A DNA stretch of 63,290 nt, filler included, from Collodictyon triciliatum (lineage: Eukaryota), in the NCBI GenBank assembly GCA_043381765.1. It is 6 parts of 6 records of this genome, joined end to end, with 100 filler letters (N's around TTAATTAATTAA, not from the genome) between each part and the next. Parts side by side here need not be neighbours in the genome. Positions count along the whole stretch, not along the records: positions 35,248 to 47,162 come from JBHJMP010002275.1; positions 47,263 to 59,214 come from JBHJMP010002276.1; 4 more parts are not named here. One strand, written 5' to 3'. Positions 35,469 through 47,413 of the stretch are shown one piece after another. The first letter of the stretch is position 1, and each line of letters begins with the position of its first letter. Under the pieces are notes generated by a model that worked only from the letters and a program-made list of their open reading frames with translations, ran no database searches and was not told the origin of the DNA. The translations under genes and the position numbers were made by a program.

Positions 35469-37965
35469 ATGGATCCCCGGCCGCAGTCTCTCGACCAGCA
35501 GTCTTCAAAGCACCCCGAAGCAATGAACCCGGTCGTTGCTGCAGGAAAACAGACAAGTCAGGCAGGAGCCGACTCTGCGGCGAGGGCTCTACTATTTGAG
35601 GGCCACAGAGAACACGACCCGGAGCCAAGCGAGATGCACATGAGAAAGCGAAAGAGGAGCAGAAAGAAGAGGAAGAAGAAAGCTTCGCAGATGCCGTCGC
35701 AAAGAAGCGTCCACAGCACATCAGAGAGTAAGCATTTCTTCTGAGACTTTTGCACTGTTTGTTTCAACCCTGTGCTGACATGTAAGACTGACGGCTTGTA
35801 GACGATCACTCTTTTTTCTGACCCACTATGACACTATTTCCTTCGTTTACAAAAGCGCCCGTAAGTCCTCTAGTGTATGATATATAAGCAGCACTCTTAA
35901 ATCATGATTAATCAGCATCACTCATGTAACGTGATAACACCTAAAATACACAGCAAGAGAGCTAATTTCCTTTTCGAAGCAAAGAAAAAAATACCAATTT
36001 GAAAACTTTAGAATAAGCTATGAATGTCATTTTTTCCCTTAATATAAAAAAAACCAAGGAATAGTTTTTTTAATTATAAATCCAGAAGGGAATCCTTAAC
36101 ACTGTTTTTAATATATTTGACGGTCTAGTAATATAATGCATTTAAATATAATTATAACTGAGCAAAACCTAAAAAAAAAACAAAACAACAACGATAAAGT
36201 GATTTACATACCTTTTTTCCCACAAAAATAAGCGCTACCTATTTGATGCGGCGCTGAAATGATCATCACTTGAAAATAATTTAATTATTTATAGGTAGCG
36301 ATTCTGATGGTCATTCATCTCGAACCAATAGGTACATATGAAGGAATTAATCCAATATTTGCAATTGCACTGATTCCGCTCTAATTTTATCTCAATCATG
36401 AATGCTGATATGATGAAATGGTCTATGTCTTATTTAAATATTGTATGGTATCCATGACTTCCCCCTCGCTATTACACCTACGAGTTAGTCTCTGGGACAT
36501 AAAATCAAGTTCTATCGGGAAAACTCCCACGAAAGAAGGAAATGGACTCACTCAAAAATCAAAATATATACCTTTCGAACTCCCACATAAGAATTTTGTA
36601 AAAAATAAATATCGCCGATTGTATGTCGCAGGATTCCCTCCATCAATTACGGAGGTATAGAGTTTCTATTATATTAAATAAATAAATTGAAATAATGCGT
36701 CATTTTTAACCATACAATTACACACCCCATTTTCCATACTGAAGGTTTATTATGAATTTAACTACGATGTATATATTTTTCAAACGAGGTTTACTTTAAT
36801 CTAGTCCGGATTGAAAGATTTCTTTGAAGAATCTATGAAAAAGATTCTACCAGAAAATACCGCTCCAGGCCAGATAGTTACTTCCGTTCTTATTCACCCA
36901 CAGAAATATCATGCATTTATCAATTTTAGGTATTTTTAGAATGAATTCCTTTATCTTGGAACCAGATTGATTTTCAACCGACATATGATATTTTTTGATG
37001 ATAAGGAAGGTTTTATAATAGATTAAAACAATTTTTATTTAAGTCACCAGACTAGTATTTTTTCCCCTTTATTCGATGTAACTGATCTAGTACAAATAGA
37101 TCAGCAAATGAATGTGACTTGGGGATGAATCTTGATGGGGCAAAAATGGGTTCATTTTGTCTCAGGGTCAGACACATTTGATAATTTAATTTTTTTAAAT
37201 CCATAGATTACCTTCTAAAAATCATTTCTTTAATTGTATAATTTTAAAGTACTTACTGAAATATCTAGATAAAAAGGACAAAAGATTATGTGTCAAGAGA
37301 TCCTTTGGGTAATTTTTTTCCCTTTATTCAATTCAAAGTGTAGCGAGGCTATGCCAATCCTTTGGGTAAATTGATAATTTGTTTGACTAAAACTGTTCAG
37401 ATCCAATCCTAAATTTATGGCGATTAGGAAATATTCAAACAGACGACAACAGGGATGATAGCCCATACTACGGTGTAATAAAAACACATGTAGAAGACAC
37501 TCCAAACAAGCTGTTTATTTCTGGTTTCCCTATTTACATGTCTGAGGACCAGGTTGCAATTATATATATATATAGACTAAATTATAATGCTGTTTTATTT
37601 TTAATTGCAATCCTATCAAAATCTTGGAATTTTAATGAATATTGATTTCCATGTAACGTACTCAGACATGCTATCATATAGGTGAAAGAAATATTGTCGA
37701 CAATAGGTAGTTTGAAGTCCTTTTGTTTAACTAGGGACCACATAACAGGGGAATCGAAAGTATTGCTAAATTTTAAACCATCTTTATATGAGAAAATTGA
37801 AGGGAAACGATTGGTATGGCATGCATAGAAAAACTTATACATTAAATTATAAAACTACAGGGATATGCTTTCTGTGAATTTTGGGACTCACCAGAGATGA
37901 ACATTACTGGTATAGATTTCTTGTCTTATCATCTCTTTTGAGATATTTTGATTTGCCTAATGAAA

Positions 37966-38011
<46 letters not shown>

Positions 38012-39780
38012 TTCAAGAAACGGCTATCAAAGCATTGAATAATCTCAGTATCGGAGGAAAGAAATGGAACATTCAGAGGTCATATTCCAACCTTTCTGCA
38101 AAAAAAGTATTGTAACAATAATATTTTGTGGTTTTTTATTTTTATTTTTGAAATTTTCATGCTTTATGTAAATACTATGATCATATTAGTTCGTAAGTAA
38201 ATTGATCTTGGCACAATTTTTGTTACCTGCCTTATATACTTAGATATTACCATAGTTATGACATATCACGGAATATTGCTGGTTAATTTATGATAATTCT
38301 ATCATGCTTATAATTGCTATTTCTTGTAACAATCACCATTAAGAAAGCAGAGGAACTCAAAAATGTCACCATGATTTCAGCAAACCCGCTGGATGTTGAC
38401 GGTAACAAATTCATGAATTTAATTAAGTTCGTTACCAAAAATATGTATAAACCTAGCACAAATAGCACTTCATGTATTTTTCTTTTTTCTTTTAACTACC
38501 AGATATTCTGAACTTGAAGATACAGCTCGTAGTTCTAACCTACTCAAGTGAATTTTGTCTATTACTTTTCTGATAGCCTTTTCTTTTCTTTATTTATTAA
38601 AAAAAAAAGAGCCTTAACAGGAACTATATACATGATTTACTTTTTATTCACCAAACTCCTTCGTTCTCCTTCCCTCCTTTATTTGTTCCACACCGTAAAC
38701 GAAATTTTCGTTTTTTTCAAATCGGAATCCATTTCGAAAAAGTTGATGCTCTGGAAGGTTTGAAAAAAACCGCAACTTTTGGTTCATTCGAAGCGTTACA
38801 TAAAATCCCCTTGTATTTCTATTGATTTTCCAAACAATCAATATATTAATACGTGATATTGTCTTATAGATTCACCACTCCCAGTTCTTCAACTATTGAA
38901 TCTGGTATCTGGTATACTCCTTTATCTATTTAATTATATATTAATAAACCTGGTCAAATGTCTTGGTTTGAAAAGTTCCCAAGTCGAAGTTGTTCGTCAC
39001 TCAATATACCGCAGAATGTATCGTAACCATACAGCGTTGTCAATACCTTGCTTGACTTCATAGAGGACGACTTGATGGTCGAAGATGTCTTCATAGACAT
39101 AGCTCGTGATATCCAGGAGGAATGCAGTAGATATGGTCAGATTGTGTCCATGTGTATTCCACGGCCCAGAATCGACAAAATAAATGATAATATCGTTGGG
39201 ATGGTAGGGATCCAGCATCAAAATCCCCACATTTCTTCTCGTCTACAAGAATTTAACAGTATCCCAGCCATTTCAAGCTTTGATTTGTGTTTCTATTTTA
39301 TTTTTTTTTTATTTTATTTTTTTTGGTTTCGCACATGTTAGGTTTTTGTCGAGTATTCGCGAGTAGAAGAAACTGACCTTGCTAGAACAGCCTTGGCTGG
39401 GAAAAGCTTCAACAACCGAACTGTTTTGACTTCGTTTTTAAGCAAACAAAGATATGATTATTACATCGAAAGGGAGGAGGTTTGTGAATTTTGTAACATA
39501 GTTGCATTAAACATTTTGAACTGAGATAGGTAGTTTCTTTCATCTAACCATGTCGGAGAATAAAATTAAACCATGCACTATATATCACTAAAATCATATA
39601 GATACCTGACAGACAAATTAGTGATGATGGAGAAAGCGCTGAAGATAACTTATATTCAAACGAAGAGGTTATTTGATTTTTTTTTTTATATCCCGTGTGG
39701 TAATTTTTCTTTGATATGAATCAGGGACTGAATCAGATAAGCCCTGCATATTATTTGCAAGTATTTTTACTTAAGCTCTG
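35469..39780 (+). CDS. U2AF2: U2 snRNP auxiliary factor large subunit (U2AF65)-like splicing factor, multi-exon, divergent
   Basis: ULM-like SLWDIK; RRM1 RRLYVAGFPP...HAFINFRSANE...LDG; RRM2 VEDTPNKLFISGFPIYMSEDQVKEIL...TGESKGYAFCEF; UHM VLQLLNLV...DIQEECSRYGQIVSMCIPRP...VFVEY...ALAGKSFNNRTV. 3' end approximate. Confidence 0.85.
37058..37077 (-). mobile_element. Highly truncated copy of the short A-tailed retro-insertion family
   Basis: ttttttcccctttattcgat is identical to 45181-45200; degenerate flanking repeats end in ctagta. Confidence 0.55.
37300..37369 (-). mobile_element. 44-bp A-tailed retro-insertion with a perfect 13-bp target-site duplication
   Basis: ATCCTTTGGGTAA at 37300-37312 and 37357-37369 flanks an element reading (minus) TGGCATAGCCTCGCTACACTTTGAATTGAATAAAGGGAAAAAAA. 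Confidence 0.8.
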
Positions 39781-40389
39781 AGATATCCTTTGATGGACTA
39801 ACCAAATGAAGCCAAAAATATAGAGCATTCAATGGGAAGATTAAATCAGGTCGAGGTCGGCCTGCATAAACATATTTTTTTCCATACGGCGTCCCAAATA
39901 TCCCGAGCTTTTATATTTTTTGGCCTTTTGATTATTTTACGCAGCGTAGTGATAAAGTAGAACAAAATCCTAGATTTAATCCACCATCTTTGGTATACAA
40001 AAATATATTCGTTTTGTATATCCCTTTCAACGACCTTATTATAATAGGCTTGTATACCTGCGTCCTCCACATTTTTCTATTCTTTTGCCTATATACATCG
40101 GAGAACATCTTTTCCTTCACAAAATGAAATATGTCTCCAGACCCAAAAACTAAATATCTGACATCCAAAAGATTGGAAAGAAAGATAAAAAAAAAAGCGA
40201 GGGGGTCGCCAATCTACTTATTTTGGCTTGGGTTGTTCAATTTCAACAAAGTTTATTGTAGATGACCAAATAGCAGGTAAATATTAGCTGTCATAAAATC
40301 TCCTTGAAAAGAAAGGGAATAATTAAGGGATAATGGTCGAAACATTCACATAAGACGCAGTACTAAATGAAGAAAAAAAAGAAAAATAT

Positions 40390-42466
40390 TCAAGCTGCTT
40401 GCTCGATATCAACTACTTTGACCTCGTCAGCCTCTTTTGGGGCTGGAGCATCCTCCTGATAAGGTTGCATTTCAACCAGTGTTGTGGATACCTTCTCAAC
40501 ATTTGTTAACTTCGGATACGAGTGATATTTTTTAGCATATATCGCGACCACAGTCCAAAATATGCATAATACACAGAGGGATATAGTCCTGGTTGTAATT
40601 AAAACAAGTGAATTTTTCAAGAAAAAATCATCTAAAAAGTAAAAAAAAAAAAGAAAGAAAAAGATACATCGAATTGATATTCGCTTCGTCGGTGGTGATG
40701 ATTTTTCTCGTCCTCACAGTTAGTTATTGCATCTTACCATGCCCTCCCTCCATCCCACAGATGAATGCCCGTAGAAAGAGCTGACAGTCCTAAAATGAAA
40801 GAAACTCTTCCCATGTGTCGATGTACCTTATCAGGCCAGAGAGGCACCTATTTAATTCATTTCAGAACAAAATCTTTAAGAATAGTTATTCGCCAACCAG
40901 ACAAATGAATATATTGCAAAGAATACAATGTTATAACCTTCATCCTATTTTTGTCCTTCTTGACATCCGTGTAAAGACCGAGGAATGGTTGGAAACTAAA
41001 AATAGCAAAAGCAATAATGCCAGTTATAACATGGCCTCTCCTCCACGGGTCTACATTCCCTTCATCTCCGGAATCTTCCTTTCCTTTATAAATAGTGATA
41101 AATCCGGCGTACACACATGCGCTCGCAGACAGAAGTAGGACAATATGAACTCTATGCCTATATATTCAATATATGAACCAAAATCTGCTGAGAGTGAAAT
41201 GCTAGTGATACAGTATGTCATAATTTCAATATATGCAAGTTTTAAAGAAAATCGATCGTGCATGAAAGACATTCAGCATTACATAAAATAATCTTACCAT
41301 AAATTGCCAGCCCATTTAAAATAGTGGGTCACAATGATTGCCAGAGGGGGTATACCAACCCACCCAATCATCATTAGTATGCCATGTATGTCTTGCCTCA
41401 TCAGACCCCTTGATAACGACTTCCCTTCACATCCGGCAAAGTCGATATATCCCTCCGCTGTATCTCCAAACTCAAAAATGTATAGGCATTAATGCATATG
41501 AAATTATCATCCTTAATAATTGTTGGATTCATCCGCTAATATAGTTGCTACATATTAAGATGTATTACTGCATGTTTCTTGCTGAAACTATCTGAACCAC
41601 CCAAAGCAACGAAAGAGTGTATTCCGTTCAAATTGTTTGTCAAGTCGATATCTCGAGTATCTCCGGTGTAGAAAGCTCTGTGAAACTCTATGGTGGTTAT
41701 TCCATCGTTTTCATGACCAGAGTAATCGAGAAAGTCAAAACGGTCAGCCGGTGGATAAGTAACACCAGGAGCGAATCTATCCGATATCTAATAGTTGAGA
41801 TAACTTTTTAAATTTTGCCACGACTTGATGTATTAGGTGTTCATAGGTTTTGAATATATACCTTAACTTCGCCATCTGAGACATATCCTTCAATTATATC
41901 AGAGTCTGTCTTATCTGTATTTGGACCCACGCCAAAACCAATCCATCCAGACGTTTTACCAACCATGGCGTAGTACATAGTTTTATTCTGGGTACATAAC
42001 CAGTTCAATCTTAAAAAAATACTGACAAATACACATCCCTAACCCTCTGAAATAAAGTTTCTCTATATATTCTTACAAACCGACCTTATAGTCAACTTTC
42101 CAGTGAATTTCAATTCTTCCCGATAAGAATGAGGCACTGCATGGATATTTTGCGATAGTAATCGTGGAGTCTAATGATGTTGAAACTGGGAAATAGAAGT
42201 ATTTTTATATATAGTGCTTGTTTAATATTTCTCGATGAACGTGAGTCATTTCTAGAATTTTGCAACAGATGCAAAAACATTAATATAAGAAGAAAAAAAA
42301 AAACAAAGGGCTTCGTTGCGACGGGTGAAAATAAGGAATAGAAAAAATGATTGCCTGGGGGCGATGTCGGTACGGGCGATGGAACAGGACTGGGGTGGAC
42401 TGAAAATGGACAAACCAGGAGTATGATGCTGCAAATAGCACAAACTGGTATAAAACGCGTGTCCAT
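40390..42466 (-). CDS. DOMON + cytochrome b561 protein (CYBDOM/FRRS1-like ferric-chelate reductase), multi-exon
   Basis: Signal peptide; DOMON motifs IEIHWKV, GWIGFGV...SDIIEGYV, ISDRF, ENDGITTIEFHR...TGDTRD; four b561 His ligands (DIHGILMMIGW, WHRVH, GHVITG, VHRHMGR); stop at 40390-40392. Confidence 0.88.
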
Positions 42467-43465
42467 CCTTTATTCAAGGTTTCTCTTGAACAAATGAGGT
42501 GATGTCAGTTTTTTCTCAATAGAAGTGTTATTCATTACCATACACATGCTCTTCATTACCTCAGGGAATGAACACAATTAGAATAAGCACCCAGAGTGCC
42601 AAGCAATAGTGTTTTCCTCATATCTTTCAATATTATTCACACCCACTGCACACAAAAGACTCAGAAATTAATAATGGGCAAAATAAAAAAAACCTGAGAC
42701 AACCCTAAGAAATTATGGATTTATCCAAGATATTCTTACTCTCATCATCGGGGATTTTTTTACGCAAAATATGTATATTATGTCGGACAAGAGCATCACG
42801 GACATCCATCAGGTTTCGCTGGCTATCAGTTTATAATCTTGAGAGACCAAAAAAAATCCACACCAGACCCGATGTTACGAACGCAGCCCACACGCGATGC
42901 GATGCTGGTGAATGACTCATGGTTTGTCATAATGACCAAGGATGTGTGAATTGAACCGAAATGTGCGCAACCAGACCACCTTCCTCGGCAAAGAGTGACG
43001 ATTGAGCAGCCTCATCCCGCACGAAAGCCGACGCCAGACAGAGTCACGCAATCTCCTCGCTTCGCCTGATGTGGCAGAGAATTAATGCACCACGAATTAT
43101 TTCATCGTTGCTACCATAAATAGAAGCTTCCACTTTGGTTCAAGAATTCCGCAATTATGTTTTATAAATGCGGAAAAGGGTGCAGCGACCTTCTCCACAA
43201 GCACACACCCACAAAACGCCGAAGCTGTAACTCTGGTGGCGCTTCAAGCAATAGCACAAAAGAAGACATTCGAAGGCCTTTGAAAGAAATGCTTTTCCTT
43301 TTTTAAACCTCGATTCTAACGCAAAAAAGAAACAAAGTTGTCAAGAAATAATATGTTAGGATGTTTAGACGTAAAGCTTTATGGGTATCCGCGGTTCTGA
43401 AGATTTTGGTGACAGCATCTAGAAGATTGCGATAATAACAAAGAACGCTGCGTAATCATGCAGGG

Positions 43466-46400
43466 CTACAAGATAGTACACAAGTTAGATCGGGGTGCTT
43501 TGGCATGGCCAGACGCATCAGACGGAGCTTGTGCCTTGGATGCTGCAGGACTGGCTTGGACAGGGCTAGGAGATGCACTTGTTCTCTTTAGGTGCTCGGC
43601 CGCTTCAACATCTTGTCCAGCGACTGGCGACAAAGAGGTTTTACTGATATCGACTTTCAGGTCTTTTCCTTCTCGCACAGAGCCCCAGTCATAAGATTTC
43701 TTGCATGTAGGGAAATTCTTGTCGCTTAGTCGAAGAGGATTCAAGAATATAACCACTGCTGAAACATTATCACCAGTGTCATACTCATCACTCCAACCTT
43801 TGACGCATTCGGCAATAAGCGCATTTGTGGCCTAAAGATGGACATCACATATCGTGAATGGATGATTCAATATCTAAAAGAAATCATTTTATGGGAGCGC
43901 TGCGGTTTGGTCGGAGATTTTCTCTTAACAGCACACATCTAGATATATGCAATACAAACCTCCACCGGGTCTTCATATTTGATAACGAGGTTCACAGCTT
44001 CCTAATGTATTACAAAAGGTGATAGAAGATTATGGATGGTGAGTTAACCGAGGACATATAATAGGTTATAAATGCCACTTATTCGTGTGCATAAATGATG
44101 TTATAAAAAAAGCACTTACCTGACTAGATAGTATGTCCCAAACACCATCACTCGCTAAAATAATCACTTTGTCGTATTCATCGATGTCTTTAGATGATAT
44201 CTCCGGATTTGAAATAACACCCAGTCCATGAGCCAATACATCGCCTGATGGGCAAAAGAGCATCAGGATATGTGACGCTTTTTTTTTAACATAATGATAG
44301 TGAGAGACAAGACAGCAAAAAAATGTTAACCGACCCAAGGTTCTTGTAGTTACGAGTCCTGGGTAAGTCTGTCCTTTTGCGTAAATTCTCAGTTCATCCA
44401 GAGCGTCCGGTGGTAAATTTGGGTCCATTATAACAGAGCCTCCACACTGAGCGAAGGTAGAATATGAATTACTATTAGATATATCACGATACACGCCCTC
44501 GATTTGTACTTAAGGAGGTAAGAGGAATCATAATAAACAAGTTTTAATTATTTTTTTACATTGTTTGGTGTATTTGTAAAGAGTGTTATCTACGTTTTGT
44601 TAAGAGTACACCAAGTGACAAAAACTTTCAACACAGCCATATAGAAAGGGAAAGTAGAAAAGAACAAAAGCAACTATTAGGAGTAAATGAATACTCGTTC
44701 AACTCGTTGTCTCTCCTCCAGTATTTCTCCAACTCGATGGTCTATCGTGGTTGATATTGCAGCGATGTGAGCTGAAAGTCTCGTGGACGATTCATCACTT
44801 GCACCCATCTTTGAAGTCAAAGCACAATTCACACATTCTCTTGTGTTTTTTTTTTTAAAAAAAAAACAATTGAATTTTTAAATTAGCAGAGTCTCATATC
44901 ATTACACTATGATAAATAAGCTTATGTAACCAAATAATTTTCATCCATACGCTGGTGACTTCCTAGATCGTCAATCATAAAATTTCACTTGAAGCTGTTA
45001 AAAGCATACCTCCCTAGAACAACTCTAGAATCTCCTACATGTGCAATGAATAGCTTATGGTTCTGAATAAAAACGATGGAAGACGTTGTACCAGCCAACA
45101 AGAATTGATTTCCAGTTTTCTCCATTGATTCCTTATGAAAAAAAAGATGAACAATAAAATCTTAATTTGATTAACACATGTTTTTTCCCCTTTATTCGAT
45201 TCAAAGTGTAGCGAGATTGATTAACATAGGTTAATTCTACTATTATCATTACTGTAGAATAACACATTAAAAGATAATAGTGTAGAGTTTCATTTTAAAC
45301 CTGCGTTTCCAGGAACGATTTTACTAGTATTTCAGGAATTTCAGAGTCGGGCTTTCCTTTAGAGCCATACAAAGCAGTGAAGTTTTTGTAAAGCATATCT
45401 TTTGCAAACATAGCTACCTAGGACCCGAAACGAAGCATCACACTTAATGGTATGAATAAAAAAAAAAGCGGCTGGTATACTTCTCTTATATTCTTTTATT
45501 ACAATTCGAATATTACGGCTCGCTTCTTTTTCAGAGGATATGTCTAAGCTAGAGTTCACCTGGTCGCCTCCAACACCATGCCCGTCAAAAACACCAAACA
45601 TTGCAGTGTTTTCGACATTGTTTATATTTTGTGTAGACAAAAGGGCATCCTGAAGGCCATTACATATGCGATATGATCATAAAGCAAGCGATAAAAATCA
45701 CTTTTTTTTTTTTATTGAGATGATATGTAGACGGAAAATGATACGAATGTAAATGTATCTTCATATGGTTTAACCTGATTATATGAGGCGTTAAATCCGT
45801 CATCCGATATTGCACCAAATGATTGGACAGTCGTGGTCATTGTAGGCTGGAGCTGAATAGGGAGCTCTTTTGCTCGCTCCTTGGTAATGACCGAACTCAT
45901 TCTTCTTTGTTTACTGAGGTGCTTTTCAGGAAACTTTTGCTGAAGAAGAAACTTTCGACCTTCTTTGGCGTCCATGTCTTCGTATGATGGCTTTGTCTAC
46001 GATTGATTTTAATTAGATGTGTTAGTATTCTTAAAATCATAATCATTATCATAATAATCATAATAATAACGATAATAATAATACTGTGGACAAATATTTA
46101 TTTGCTGTATCAATCTCCTTGCAAAAGAGCTGTTTTATGACAAATAAAGTACCCATTCGATAATAGCAAACTTACCTCATCGAGGCTTTCTTCAATACCT
46201 TGGATCTTTCTGTGCGTCTACGTAAAGCAATAGTAACATTAAGTTTTAAAAATGGCCAGACATTCTAAGATGTGTATGCAAACGATAATTCGTATAGTAT
46301 CGAGTTGTATGAGACTTACTCCGGGTCTAGAATCAGGTCTTCTAGGATCTGCCCCTGATCCAGCATAGCTTGCATAGCGCAGAAGCATGGTTGGCTGGGA

Positions 46401-46930
46401 ACTTTTTCGTTGTGGGAGAACTTGATGGCTCATCTTCACCTGCGGTCGCCGATCTCCCTTCAGAAAATAATATTCAGTTTAAACTTAAAAAAATCGAAAA
46501 GAAAAAAGAAGCAACTGCTACGAAAACTTTGGGAGTCACAGGGGGCTTGATAGAGTGGATAAAAGGTAACATAAATATGAAATAGGAGTAGAAATAGAGT
46601 GATGAGCAACCCAGAGGCTTGAAAAGAGTCAAAGAGCTGTACAGTAAATATGGAAGTATAATCCTGACTCCTCAACACTTCGCGGCAGAATCCTGACTCT
46701 GACTGACATTGCCCCAGACGACACGCTGCCCTTCGCGATTCACAACGGCCGACTCCGTCTCTCCGCGCTGCACGACACTCGTCGCACTTGCGGCTGGTTC
46801 TTCGATTCCCGTTAAAACCTTGTTCGGATGCGGCAAAGAAAAGTCGTTATGTTCTTCTCTGGAATTTATAATTTTTCGGAGAAATGCCTCAGGTGCCAAA
46901 TCTCGGATAGCGTTCTGCCTGAAGTAGTAT
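43466..46930 (-). CDS. PP2C (PPM) Ser/Thr phosphatase with N-terminal extension and C-terminal CaaX box; start not resolved
   Basis: Motifs FGVFDGHG, AGTT, AHVGDSR, DHR...ERQRVE, YPGLVTTRTLGD, ILASDGVWD, GDNVSAVVI; ends ...SNLCTIL*. Confidence 0.9.
45167..45230 (-). mobile_element. 36-bp A-tailed retro-insertion with target-site duplication in a PP2C intron
   Basis: TTGATTAACAcAtG (45167-45180) and TTGATTAACAtAgG (45217-45230) flank ttttttcccctttattcgattcaaagtgtagcgaga, the same family as 37313-37356. Confidence 0.78.
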
Positions 46931-47068
46931 GCCAGAGTTGAACAACGCCAATGCGCGACTCAGCACCCACTGAATCCAATGGTGCCATTTGGTTGTGCCC
47001 AGACGGGTGCAGGAGGATTTTAATCACCGTGAGACACACTCATGGATGAAACTGAAAGGAGACTGGCG

Positions 47069-47162
47069 AAAAAGAAAAAGAAAAAGAAAAAGAAAAAGAA
47101 AAAGAAAAAGAAAAAGAAAAAGAAAAAGAAAAAGAAAAAGAAAAAGAAAAAGAAAAAGAAAA
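47069..47162. repeat. (AAAAAG)n hexamer repeat at segment edge
   Basis: Directly visible. Confidence 0.96.
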
Positions 47163-47413
47163 NNNNNNNNNNNNNNNNNNNNNNNNNNNNNNNNNNNNNN
47201 NNNNNNTTAATTAATTAANNNNNNNNNNNNNNNNNNNNNNNNNNNNNNNNNNNNNNNNNNNNGCACACTCAAGGTTTTCAGAATAATAGAAACAATCATG
47301 AATTGATCACACCAGTATATTCTCATCAATTTTTTTTATTTAGACGAATTTTTCTAGAGCAAAGCAGGGTCTAGCCCAAGCAAATTTTTTTTCATGTTTC
47401 CTCTCTGTTGTAG

